32,000 nt of DNA from Caldimicrobium thiodismutans (lineage in GTDB: Bacteria; Desulfobacterota; Thermodesulfobacteria; Thermodesulfobacteriales; Thermodesulfobacteriaceae): NCBI RefSeq assembly GCF_001548275.1, contig NZ_AP014945.1, positions 570,001 to 602,000 on the forward strand, written 5' to 3'. Position numbers and translations under genes: made by a program. The notes beneath the pieces are model-generated. The model was not told the origin of the DNA, did not search any database, and worked only from the letters and a program-made list of their open reading frames with translations. Below are positions 8,958 to 16,664 of this stretch, one piece after another (within the stretch, counting starts at the first letter, position 1; the number at the start of each line of letters is the position of its first letter).

Positions 8958-10829
8958 TCAGTAATTTCCAACTAAATTGACGAATTTTTCTATAATTTTT
9001 TCTGTTGAAAGACCATATTTTTTTCTTAAAGTTTTAAGATCCCCCTGTTCAACAAAATGGTCAGGAAGACCCAGATAGCCAAACTTCACATATATCCCTT
9101 CTTCAAGAAGTAATTCAGAAACACTTGATCTTAGGCCCCCCAAAATAGAATTTTCTTCCACAACTAAGACTTTACCAGTTTTTTTGGCATATTCTAAAAG
9201 GAGCTCCCTATCTAAGGGTTTTAAAAATCTTACATTAATAACAGCTACAGAAAATCCTTTTTTTTCAAGCTCTTCTCCAGCCTTCAATGCAGGATAGCAC
9301 ATACTTCCTATAGCAAAGATAGCTCCATCTTTACCTTCCTTAAGCACTTCTGCCTTTCCCGATGGAATAAAGCTAAAGTTTTCATCTATCTTAACTCCTA
9401 TGGCCTCACCTCTCGGATATCTTATGGCACAGGGCCCTTCATACTTAAGGGCACTAAAAAGGAGATTCCTGAGTTCTTTTTCATCCTTTGGAGCACAAAT
9501 TATCAAATCGGGAATAGGTCTAAGATAAGAAAGGTCAAAGGCTCCATGGTGGGTTGGGCCATCCTCACCCACAAGACCTGCCCTATCAATGGCAAATATA
9601 ACTTTGGCTTTATTTAGAGCTACATCGTGAATGATCTGGTCATAAGCCCTTTGTAAAAAGGTTGAATAAATAGCACAGACTGGAATAAAACCCTCCAAAG
9701 CAAGACCTGCTGCAAAGGTAACCGCATGTTGTTCACATATACCTACATCAAAGAACCTATCGGGATATTTTTGGGCAAACTTTTTTAACCCTGTTCCAGA
9801 CTTCATGGCAGCGGTTATGGCAATAAGTCTTGGTTCAAGCTCCGCAAGCTTCACTAAGGTATCACCAAAGACCTCTGTATAAGAAGGTGGGGCTCCTTCG
9901 GATTTGAGAGGTCTTCCTGTTTCAAGGTTGAAAGGACCAATTCCGTGAAAGGTCTCTGGATCAGCTTCAGCAGGGGGATAACCTTTGCCTTTTTTAGTTA
10001 CCACATGAAAGATAATAGGTCCCTTTAACTCTTTTAAATTTTTTAATATCTCAATCAGGGTATCCAGATCATGACCATCAACAGGCCCAACATATTCAAA
10101 ATTAAGGGCTGTAAAAAGAGCTCCTGGTGTGACTGCCATTTTTAAGAGATCTTCGCCTTTTTTGAAGATATGAAGAAGATTGTCTCCTCCAGGTAGCCTG
10201 GGGACTATTTTTTCAATCTCTTTTTTTATAAATCGGGCAAGATTTCCGGTCATCCTTTTGGAAACAAAGCTTGATAGGGCCCCTACATTTGGTGAGATGG
10301 ACATTTCATTATCATTAAGAATGATAAGAAGATCCTCTCGTAGATATCCAGTGTTATTAAGGGCTTCAAAGGCCATTCCTGCTGTGATCGAACCATCTCC
10401 AATGACCACTATGATTTTTCCCGTCTCTCCTTTAATTCTTCGGGCTACTGCCATTCCAAGACCAGCTGATATTGAGGTACTGCTGTGTCCGGTATCAAGC
10501 ACATCATAAGGGCTCTCTGCTCTTTTGGGGAATCCGGCAAGGCCTTGGAAGGTTCTTAGGGTCTTAAAGGCATCCCTTCTCCCTGTGAGAATCTTGTGAG
10601 TATAACACTGATGACCCACATCCCAGATAATTTTATCTTTTGGGGTATCAAAGACATAATGGAGAGCAAGGGTAAGCTCCACAACCCCTAAATTTGGAGC
10701 AAGATGCCCCCCATTTTTGGATACCACATCAAGAATTAATTTTCTTATCTCCTCAGCAAGTAATTTAAGCTGAGAGGGCTTTAATTTTTTCAGATCCTCA
10801 GGACCTTCTATTTTAGAAAGTAAACTCAT
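8958..10829 (-). CDS. dxs: 1-deoxy-D-xylulose-5-phosphate synthase
   Basis: The 623-aa product has the thiamine-diphosphate motif region GDGSITAGMAFEALNN and GHSSTSISAGLGMA. The N-terminus (LLSKIEGPEDLKKL) is typical of Dxs. It sits in the classic xseB-ispA-dxs arrangement. Confidence 0.95.
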   Translation of the reverse strand: MSLLSKIEGPEDLKKLKPSQLKLLAEEIRKLILDVVSKNGGHLAPNLGVVELTLALHYVFDTPKDKIIWDVGHQCYTHKILTGRRDAFKTLRTFQGLAGFPKRAESPYDVLDTGHSSTSISAGLGMAVARRIKGETGKIIVVIGDGSITAGMAFEALNNTGYLREDLLIILNDNEMSISPNVGALSSFVSKRMTGNLARFIKKEIEKIVPRLPGGDNLLHIFKKGEDLLKMAVTPGALFTALNFEYVGPVDGHDLDTLIEILKNLKELKGPIIFHVVTKKGKGYPPAEADPETFHGIGPFNLETGRPLKSEGAPPSYTEVFGDTLVKLAELEPRLIAITAAMKSGTGLKKFAQKYPDRFFDVGICEQHAVTFAAGLALEGFIPVCAIYSTFLQRAYDQIIHDVALNKAKVIFAIDRAGLVGEDGPTHHGAFDLSYLRPIPDLIICAPKDEKELRNLLFSALKYEGPCAIRYPRGEAIGVKIDENFSFIPSGKAEVLKEGKDGAIFAIGSMCYPALKAGEELEKKGFSVAVINVRFLKPLDRELLLEYAKKTGKVLVVEENSILGGLRSSVSELLLEEGIYVKFGYLGLPDHFVEQGDLKTLRKKYGLSTEKIIEKFVNLVGNY

Positions 10830-10830
10830 G

Positions 10831-11733
10831 TTAACTTATCCTCTGTAAGAGATAATGAGTTAAGATCTCTAAGAGTTCCCCCTTTTCCCCCAGGGGAGCT
10901 AAACTATCTATAGCCTCTTGAGTAGTTTTTTCAGCAAGCCTTTTTGTTTTCTCAAGACCAAAGAGAGAAGGGTAGGTGAGTTTCCCTTTTTTAAGGTCAG
11001 ATTTAGCGGGTTTTCCCATCTGCTTTTCATCGCCAATAAGATCCAGAAGGTCATCAGTTATCTGAAAGAGAAGGCCAAATTTTTTTCCAAATCTGGATAG
11101 AATTTTAAGGGTCTTTGCAGGGATCCCAGCAAGGATAGCCCCGCTGACAAGAGAGGCCTCAATCAGGGCTACCGTTTTATGTTCATGAATCCATCTCAAC
11201 AATTTTAAATTACCTTTTTTGCCTTCGGAGAGAAGGTCTGCCATCTGTCCACCAACCATGCCCTGAAGTCCTGAGGCCTTAGCAATATAATTAATCGCCT
11301 TCAAAAGGACCTTGGGATTAATCTTTTTTACTACCTCTGGATGAGTAAACCACTCATAGGCTAAGGCCTGAAGGCCGTCACCAGCTAAGATAGCGGTTGC
11401 TTCATCAAAAGCCTTATGACAGGATGGTTTCCCTCTCCTAAGGTCATCATTATCCATACAGGGCAGGTCATCATGAATAAGGGAATAGGTGTGAATACAT
11501 TCTATACCACAGGCAAAGGGCAAGATCTCCTCAGATTTTTTGTCCCCAAGTTCATATCCCATAAGACAAAGAATGGGACGCAGTCTTTTCCCTCCGGCAG
11601 AGAGACTATAATAGGAGGCAGAGATTACTCTTTCTCCATAGGATCTCTCCTTAGGAAATAATTCCTCTAAAGTTTTTTCAATGAGGAAACGCTTCTCCTC
11701 TAAATAGGTCTTAAGTTTGTCAAAATTATCCAT
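10831..11733 (-). CDS. ispA: Farnesyl/geranylgeranyl diphosphate synthase (short-chain trans-prenyltransferase)
   Basis: The first Asp-rich motif is HDDLPCMDNDDLRRGKPS and the second is ITDDLLD. The gene lies 1 nt upstream of dxs and overlaps xseB by 8 nt. Confidence 0.9.
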   Translation of the reverse strand: MDNFDKLKTYLEEKRFLIEKTLEELFPKERSYGERVISASYYSLSAGGKRLRPILCLMGYELGDKKSEEILPFACGIECIHTYSLIHDDLPCMDNDDLRRGKPSCHKAFDEATAILAGDGLQALAYEWFTHPEVVKKINPKVLLKAINYIAKASGLQGMVGGQMADLLSEGKKGNLKLLRWIHEHKTVALIEASLVSGAILAGIPAKTLKILSRFGKKFGLLFQITDDLLDLIGDEKQMGKPAKSDLKKGKLTYPSLFGLEKTKRLAEKTTQEAIDSLAPLGEKGELLEILTHYLLQRIS

Positions 11734-11983
11734 TTTTCAGTTTTTCCTTAGCGGAATCTAAATCTTCCAAAATAAAAGTATCTTTTTCTTTTAGAATTAC
11801 TTCAACCTTAAGTCTTGCCTCCTTGAGGCGATTTTCACAAAGGTGAATGAGCTTGACTCCCTCTTCATAAAGAGCTATTGCCTTTTCAAGTTCAAGATCT
11901 TTTTGTTCAAGTTCTCTCAGAATCTCCTCAAGTCTATTAAGAGCTGATTCAAAGGAGAGTTGGCTAAGATCTTTAATACTCAT
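11726..11983 (-). CDS. xseB: Exodeoxyribonuclease VII small subunit
   Basis: The 85-aa helical protein contains FESALNRLEEILRELEQKDLELEKAIALYEEGVKL, a typical XseB sequence. It overlaps xseA by 4 nt. Confidence 0.88.
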   Translation of the reverse strand: MSIKDLSQLSFESALNRLEEILRELEQKDLELEKAIALYEEGVKLIHLCENRLKEARLKVEVILKEKDTFILEDLDSAKEKLKNG

Positions 11984-13344
11984 TTTTTCACCTTTATGAC
12001 CTCAGCATAGATTTTACCTTCGGCTAAGGTTATCTCAATGGAATTTCCAGTCATCACTTCTGTAGCAGATTTGATAATTTTCCCATCAGGTAAGATTTTA
12101 ACGATACTATAACCTTTTTCAAGGATATTGTAAGGAGAAAGTGAAAAAAGGAGCTTTTTTAGACCTCTGAGTTTTTCTTCCTGTAAGGCAATCTTTTTTT
12201 CAGGATCATTGCTTTCAAGCCTCCTTTGTAGGCTTAAAAGAAGACCTTCTTTTCTTTGCAGGAGTGAGGTTACCTTCTGATAAAGGGAAAAGCTAAAGTC
12301 CCTTAAAAGTTTTTCTGTCTTTGAGAAAAGAAGGACTGGATTTTTTTCTTGGAGGGAGACCTGGTAGGACTTAAGGATTCCTTCTGAAGTAGTAAGCTTA
12401 AGGTCAAAGAGGTGATGGAGTTTTTTCTTTAAAATCTCTAAGCGTTCTAAAATCTCCCTTTTATCAGGAAAAATCTCTTGAGCAGCAGCTGAGGGTGTAG
12501 GAGACCTTTTATCTGCAGCAAGATCACAAAGGGTTAAGTCTATTTCATGTCCAACTGCCGAGACTATGGGAATCCGAGAGTCAAAGATACTAAGAATTAG
12601 CTCCTCTGTATAAAATGGTGCCAGATCTTCTGTTGACCCTCCTCCTCTTGTAATGACAATTAGATCTAAATCTGGAAAATAGGTATTCAAATCCTCAATA
12701 GCCTTAGATATTTCAAGATGAGCACCTTCACCTTGAACCTTTACAGGATAAAGAAGGATGTGAGCTCCCCAGCGAGCTTGACTTACTTTAAGAAAATCTT
12801 GCAAGGCTGCCCCAAAAAGAGAGGTTATAAGAGCAACCTTTTTAGGAAAGGGGGGAAGCCCTTTTTTTACTTCAGGGCTAAAAAAAGGCTTATACTTCTG
12901 CAATAAAAATTCCTTTCTAAGTTGGAGAAGTCCTATACCCAGGGGTTCAAGTTTGCGAATAATAAAGAAGACCTCTCCAGATCTGGGAAAAAGAGTAAGT
13001 TTCCCATAAGTAAGAACTTTCAAGCCCTCTCTTAGGAGCTCAGAAGCTATAAATTCCCTCTGATCCCTAAAAATTATTCCTTTGAGAGAGGCCTCCTCAT
13101 CTACCAGATTGAGATAAAGGTTACCATTCTGGCTATGTCTTAAACTTGAGATTTCTCCTTCTATCCAGAGATAGGGAAAATTGTCATCCAGAAGTCCTTT
13201 TATTCTTTGAGAGACCTCTTTGACAGTCCAATAAAATTTTTCTTCCCATTGCCCTGAGGTAAAGTAATTTGTTTCCGGTCTCATCAATCTTAAATATAGG
13301 TTTATTTTAAAAAATAAAAAGCCCTTCAAAGGAGATTTTTGCAT
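11980..13344 (-). CDS. xseA: Exodeoxyribonuclease VII large subunit
   Basis: An N-terminal OB fold (WIEGEISSLRHSQNGNLYLNLVDEEASL) and the catalytic region (ITRGGGSTEDL, VSAVGHEIDLTLCDLAAD) are present. The start is ambiguous. The ATG at 13344 gives an atypical 20-aa extension, and the ATG at 13284 (MRPETNYF) is an alternative. Neither has an SD. Confidence 0.88.
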   Translation of the reverse strand: MQKSPLKGFLFFKINLYLRLMRPETNYFTSGQWEEKFYWTVKEVSQRIKGLLDDNFPYLWIEGEISSLRHSQNGNLYLNLVDEEASLKGIIFRDQREFIASELLREGLKVLTYGKLTLFPRSGEVFFIIRKLEPLGIGLLQLRKEFLLQKYKPFFSPEVKKGLPPFPKKVALITSLFGAALQDFLKVSQARWGAHILLYPVKVQGEGAHLEISKAIEDLNTYFPDLDLIVITRGGGSTEDLAPFYTEELILSIFDSRIPIVSAVGHEIDLTLCDLAADKRSPTPSAAAQEIFPDKREILERLEILKKKLHHLFDLKLTTSEGILKSYQVSLQEKNPVLLFSKTEKLLRDFSFSLYQKVTSLLQRKEGLLLSLQRRLESNDPEKKIALQEEKLRGLKKLLFSLSPYNILEKGYSIVKILPDGKIIKSATEVMTGNSIEITLAEGKIYAEVIKVKK

Positions 13345-13422
13345 AAGTTCAGATCCTTACAAGAAAAAAGGGAGGGGTGGTAAAAGAGAAATTAGATATC
13401 TATACAATGGAGGCTTTACAAG

Positions 13423-13502
13423 TCTGAAAGTAACACAGGCAATCTTGCCTGTGGAAGTAAATTACACTCCAATCTGTGAAAGAAACACAGACAAGAATGT
13501 CT
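13423..13502. promoter_or_regulatory. Pair of imperfect 20-nt direct repeats, each running into a hairpin, in the xseA-nrdR divergent intergenic region (candidate operator sites)
   Basis: TCTGAAAGTAACACAGGCAA (13423-13442) and TGTGAAAGAAACACAGACAA (13475-13494) match at 17 of 20 positions and are offset by 52 nt. The first runs into a perfect 9+9 palindrome, CACAGGCAA-TC-TTGCCTGTG (13434-13453). The second has 5-bp stems: CTGTG/CACAG (13474-13490) and AGACA/TGTCT (13489-13502). Confidence 0.4.
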
Positions 13503-13530
13503 ATACTACAACAGACCCACAAAAAATTCA

Positions 13531-13681
13531 AGAGGTTTAAAATTTTAAACCCCTACTATTTAGATTTTGCAGATTATTTATCCTTTCTCTCCGAAGGAAA
13601 ATGGGTATGTGGAGAGATTTAATATGTGTTACGCCCTAAGAAAAAATTTTTTTTAAGTCTCAAAAGATATGGACGCAAACA
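13531..13681 (+). repeat. Copy B of the ~150-nt intergenic repeat element, oriented toward nrdR
   Basis: The cap at 13531-13556 is identical to 8411-8436. The body at 13562-13681 is the reverse complement of 8283-8400 at about 94 percent core identity by hand alignment. It ends 42 nt before the nrdR ATG. Confidence 0.85.
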
Positions 13682-13687
13682 ATTCCT

Positions 13688-13715
13688 TTGCTTTTAGTGA
13701 AAAATGAGGCATAAT
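13688..13715 (+). promoter_or_regulatory. Candidate promoter for nrdR (-35 TTGCTT, 16-nt spacer, -10 CATAAT)
   Basis: This was read by eye. The -10 ends 8 nt before the nrdR ATG at 13724, and there is no SD. This is consistent with a leaderless or near-leaderless transcript. Confidence 0.3.
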
Positions 13716-13723
13716 AATAATGA

Positions 13724-14173
13724 ATGAAGTGTCCTAAATGCAAAGAGCCAGAAACCAGAGTTATAGACTCGCGCATTATTGAAGATGGCTTTACTATTCG
13801 TAGAAGGAGAGAGTGTTTGAAATGTGGTTATCGCTTCACAACCTATGAAAAGCTTGAACTTGATATTGTGATTGTTAAGAAAGATGGAAGGAGAGAACCT
13901 TATAGCCGTGAAAAGCTCCTATCAGGTATTCGGAAAGCCTGTCATAAACGGCCTATAAGTGAAGAGACCATAAAAGCCTTTGTTAATGAGCTTGAGCTTG
14001 ATTTGATTCAAAGAGGTGAGCGAGAGATACCTGCAAGTTTCCTTGGTGAGAGAGTTATGTCAGTCTTAAAGAAATGGGATAAGGTAGCTTATATCCGTTT
14101 TGCCTCGGTTTATAAGGATTTTCAGGATGTAGATGAATTTTTGCATAGTATTAAGGAGCTAAGTAATGAATGA
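13724..14173 (+). CDS. nrdR: Transcriptional repressor NrdR (zinc ribbon plus ATP-cone)
   Basis: The sequence MKCPKCKEPETRVIDSR...CLKCGYRFTTYE forms a four-Cys zinc ribbon. An ATP-cone follows (VIVKKDGRREPYSREKLLSGIRKA). Length is 149 aa. Confidence 0.93.
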   Translation: MKCPKCKEPETRVIDSRIIEDGFTIRRRRECLKCGYRFTTYEKLELDIVIVKKDGRREPYSREKLLSGIRKACHKRPISEETIKAFVNELELDLIQRGEREIPASFLGERVMSVLKKWDKVAYIRFASVYKDFQDVDEFLHSIKELSNE

Positions 14174-14882
14174 TCCTAAGGAGAGATTGATTTTTCCCCT
14201 TGATTTTCAGGAGCTCAAAGAGGCCCTTTTCTGGGTAGAAAGACTCTCCCCCTATGTGGGATTATTTAAAATAGGTCTTGAACTCTTTACTAAAGAGGGC
14301 CCAAGGGCTATTGAAGAGGTAAAGAAGAGAAGCACAGCCGGAATATTTCTTGATTTAAAACTTAATGATATCCCAAATACCATTGCTGGAGCAGTAAGGT
14401 CTGCATGCTCCTTAGGGGTGAGTTTTTTGACGGTGCACATTCTCTCTGGCCGAAAGGCTCTGGAATCAGCAGTAAAATCTGCAGAAGGTGGGCTTAAAAT
14501 TCTCGGGGTAACCATTCTTACCTCTCTGGATAAGGCTGATCTGCTTGAGTTAGGTTTTAATGGAGAACTACTTTTTAATCTTGAGGATCTTGTTTTTAAA
14601 TTTGCCCTCCTTGCTAAAACTACAGGGTGTGATGGATTAGTAACCTCACCCCGAGAGGTCAAAATATTAAAAGAGAGCTTTCCTCAGTTAATAACAATTG
14701 TGCCAGGAATTAGATTGGAATCTTCACCCAAAGATGATCAGCAGAGGACAGCAACCCCCTATGAGGCTATTCGAAGAGGTGCAGATTATTTAGTTGTGGG
14801 AAGACCCATAAGAGAAGCCAAAGATCCTGAAAAGGCCTTGGAATCAATTTTAAAAGATATTCAAAGGGCCCTTCAAGATTAG
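14166..14882 (+). CDS. pyrF: Orotidine 5'-phosphate decarboxylase
   Basis: LIFPLDF, FKIGLELF, DLKLNDIPNT and VVGRPI motifs are present. The gene overlaps nrdR by 8 nt. Confidence 0.92.
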   Translation: MNDPKERLIFPLDFQELKEALFWVERLSPYVGLFKIGLELFTKEGPRAIEEVKKRSTAGIFLDLKLNDIPNTIAGAVRSACSLGVSFLTVHILSGRKALESAVKSAEGGLKILGVTILTSLDKADLLELGFNGELLFNLEDLVFKFALLAKTTGCDGLVTSPREVKILKESFPQLITIVPGIRLESSPKDDQQRTATPYEAIRRGADYLVVGRPIREAKDPEKALESILKDIQRALQD

Positions 14883-14883
14883 T

Positions 14884-15966
14884 ATGCTTAAAAGAGCAGT
14901 TGTTGATTTACCTTTGCATACGGGAAGGTGTCCAGCCTGGCTCTTTGAGAAAATGAAGAGACTTAGCCGGGCTATAATGCTCATCATTTATCAGGAGTTT
15001 GGAAGAAAAGAGCTTCTTAAAAGGCTTTCCGATCCTTACTGGTTTCAGGCCTTGGGATGTCTTCTTGGCTTTGATTGGCATTCCTCAGGCCTTACTACTA
15101 CTCTTTGTGGGGCTATAAAAAGCGGGCTTGAACCACATTTTAAGGAATTGGGCTTTTATATCTGTGGAGGTAAGGGTAAAAGAGCCCTTTCTACCCCCAA
15201 AGAAATTGAATTTTGGGGTGAAAAATTGGCCCTTAAAAGTGAAGCCTTTAAATATATAACCCTAAGCCGACTGATTGCAAGGATTGATAATAATGCCTTG
15301 CAAGATGGATTTAACCTTTATTTTCATACCTTTATTTTTACTGAAGATGGGGCCTGGGCGGTGATTCAGCAAGGAATGGATGAAAACTCCTGTTATGCCA
15401 GAAGGTATCACTGGTCAAGCGAAGAGGGTAAAGACTTTTTTTCAGATCCCCATACAGGAATCTTTTCAGTTCTAAAAAGGGAGGAGGTGTTGAATCTTGT
15501 TTCCTCAGATAGTAAAGAAATCAGAGCTTCAATGCTTCTAATACTTAAAGAGAATCTGTCTAATATTCTAAAAGAGATAAGGTCTTCTGAAAAACTTTTC
15601 TTTAAAAGGGCGCATCCCTTAGGATACGAAGATATACCTTTGAAGGTATTACCTAAGATTTGGGAAAGGACCTATGCAAATCCACCTCAGGATTTTAAAG
15701 ACCTACTTTTAACCCCAGGCCTTGGAGCAAAAGCCTTAAGGGCCCTTACCTTAACAGCTGAACTTATCTTTGATGCTAAGGCCTCTCGTATAGATCCCCT
15801 TCACTATGCCTATGCCCATGGGGGTAAGGATGGTTATCCCTATAAAGTTAATCGTAGAATTTACGAAAATACTATAGCTGAACTTGAAGATATACTTCAT
15901 AAGGCCCCTATTGCTACTTCTGAAAAAGGAGAGCTCTTAAAGAAGTTACCAAGTCTTTTTAGATAA
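14884..15966 (+). CDS. DUF763-family protein with a C-terminal helix-hairpin-helix-like motif
   Basis: The N-terminus VDLPLHTGRCPAWLFEKMKRL...RLSDPYWFQALGCLLGFDWHSSGLTTT matches my memory of the DUF763 signature. The HhH-like motif is TPGLGAKALRALTL. The start lies 1 nt after the pyrF stop. Confidence 0.7.
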   Translation: MLKRAVVDLPLHTGRCPAWLFEKMKRLSRAIMLIIYQEFGRKELLKRLSDPYWFQALGCLLGFDWHSSGLTTTLCGAIKSGLEPHFKELGFYICGGKGKRALSTPKEIEFWGEKLALKSEAFKYITLSRLIARIDNNALQDGFNLYFHTFIFTEDGAWAVIQQGMDENSCYARRYHWSSEEGKDFFSDPHTGIFSVLKREEVLNLVSSDSKEIRASMLLILKENLSNILKEIRSSEKLFFKRAHPLGYEDIPLKVLPKIWERTYANPPQDFKDLLLTPGLGAKALRALTLTAELIFDAKASRIDPLHYAYAHGGKDGYPYKVNRRIYENTIAELEDILHKAPIATSEKGELLKKLPSLFR

Positions 15967-16054
15967 GTAGTTAAAATTCTTTAAAATTCTGAAAATTTTT
16001 TATTTTTCAAGGCCTAAATTTTAGTTATTTTCTAAAGATAGACAATTTTTGCTC

Positions 16055-16082
16055 TTGACTTTTAAATTATTTTTTAAAAAAT
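16055..16082 (+). promoter_or_regulatory. Candidate promoter of the dsrT-dsrMKJOP operon (-35 TTGACT, 16-nt spacer, weak AT-only -10 AAAAAT)
   Basis: This was read by eye. It lies just upstream of a strong SD, AAGGAGGGGGG (16091-16101). It would exclude the ORF-track start at 16049. Confidence 0.25.
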
Positions 16083-16108
16083 TTTCCCTTAAGGAGGGGG
16101 GGATAATT

Positions 16109-16648
16109 TTGGATATCTGGGATTATTTAAAGGAAAAACAGAAGTTTATTTATAAGCACTGGTTAGAATCTTTCTGGGACTCCTTTGGTGAAAGTTCAGC
16201 CTATTTAAAACGCGAGGCAGATCAGTTTACCAATCCTTTTGCTTATCATGTGGAGGAATGTTTTAAAGGGATCCTTAAATCTATAGTAGAGGAATTTGAT
16301 TGGGAGGTAATTGATCCTTTTCTTGATCGATTAGCTCAAATCAGGGCTGTTCAGGAAGGAGTTCCCTCAAAGGCTGTAAAATTTTTAGTAGATCTAAAGG
16401 GCATTATTCGTGAAAATTTTGGTGAAGACATTTTGAAAATATTTGGGCTTGAAGCCTTTTTGAGACTTGAAGATAGAATAAATTCTCTTTTAATAAGATA
16501 TATTGATTTTTACCAAAAGTATCGGGAGAGATTATTTGAGATTCGTTTAGATGAGTTTAAAAGGAATAATTTTCTTCTTTTAAAAAGAGCAGGGTTAGTG
16601 GTTGATCAAAATATAGAAGATCCTTTTTCTATAGAAAAAAAACATTGA
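16109..16648 (+). CDS. dsrT: DsrT-like protein (RsbRD N-terminal-type domain), encoded immediately upstream of dsrM
   Basis: DQFTNPFAYHV and IRAVQEGVPSKAVKF resemble the conserved D-x-F-x-NP and IRAVQ-x-x-x-PS blocks that I recall for the RsbRD_N/DsrT family. The position directly before dsrMKJOP matches dsrT of sulfate reducers and green sulfur bacteria. I prefer the TTG start at 16109, which lies 8 nt after the SD, over the ORF-track TTG at 16049. Confidence 0.55.
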   Translation: MDIWDYLKEKQKFIYKHWLESFWDSFGESSAYLKREADQFTNPFAYHVEECFKGILKSIVEEFDWEVIDPFLDRLAQIRAVQEGVPSKAVKFLVDLKGIIRENFGEDILKIFGLEAFLRLEDRINSLLIRYIDFYQKYRERLFEIRLDEFKRNNFLLLKRAGLVVDQNIEDPFSIEKKH

Positions 16649-16664
16649 GTGAGGGGAGTGGCTT

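Noticed and set aside
13390-13440. A 16-codon ORF (GTG at about 13387, VVKEKLDIYTMEALQV) preceded by GGGAGGGG in the xseA-nrdR intergenic region.
   Set aside because: It is too short and has no recognisable features. The purine-rich stretch may be coincidental, and I cannot support it as a gene from the sequence alone.
13423-13502. Short hairpin-containing direct repeats ending in GAAAG-like sequence, considered as a degenerate CRISPR array or as NrdR boxes.
   Set aside because: There are only two imperfect copies with no cas genes or regular repeat-spacer structure. The fit to the 16-bp NrdR-box consensus (ACAC...GTGT) is poor, about 10 of 16 at best. They are kept only as a generic candidate operator.
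8283-13681. The inverted repeats flanking a 5-kb block were considered as a composite transposon or genomic island.
   Set aside because: The enclosed genes are core housekeeping genes (dxs, ispA, xseAB). There is no transposase, integrase or target-site duplication, and I can see no compositional break by eye.
14252-14662. A 136-aa minus-strand ORF inside pyrF. Similar antisense or out-of-frame ORFs lie inside other genes: 1195-1443, 1978-2172, 1999-2181, 2675-2908, 4115-4468, 4988-5182, 5808-6032, 7196-7561, 10180-10509, 10918-11100, 11416-11661, 12718-12906, 17454-17672, 17620-17802, 17721-17921, 18566-19219, 22000-22218, 22500-22823, 23142-23378, 25186-25575, 25854-26075, 26121-26471, 26664-26852, 28442-28696, 29452-29673, 30120-30335 and 31476-31697.
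   Set aside because: All are fully embedded in longer ORFs with clear family signatures. Their compositions are biased and low in complexity (S/R/P/L-rich or F/I/K-rich), which is typical of shadow frames, and they lack SD sequences.
15967-16048. AT-rich direct repeat TTAAAATTCT x2 and an AT-only hairpin after the DUF763 gene, considered as a terminator or operator (for example a Rex site upstream of dsr genes).
   Set aside because: There is no GC-containing stem, so terminator potential is weak. No TTGTGAA...TTCACAA-type Rex motif is present. The repeat is short enough to arise by chance in AT-rich DNA.
16049-16108. The ORF-track TTG start at 16049 would extend the DsrT-like protein by 20 aa (MLLTFKLFFKKFSLKEGGII).
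   Set aside because: A strong SD (AAGGAGGGGGG) lies inside this extension, 8 nt before an in-frame TTG at 16109, and a -35-like TTGACT sits at 16055-16060. The extension is probably promoter and leader sequence.
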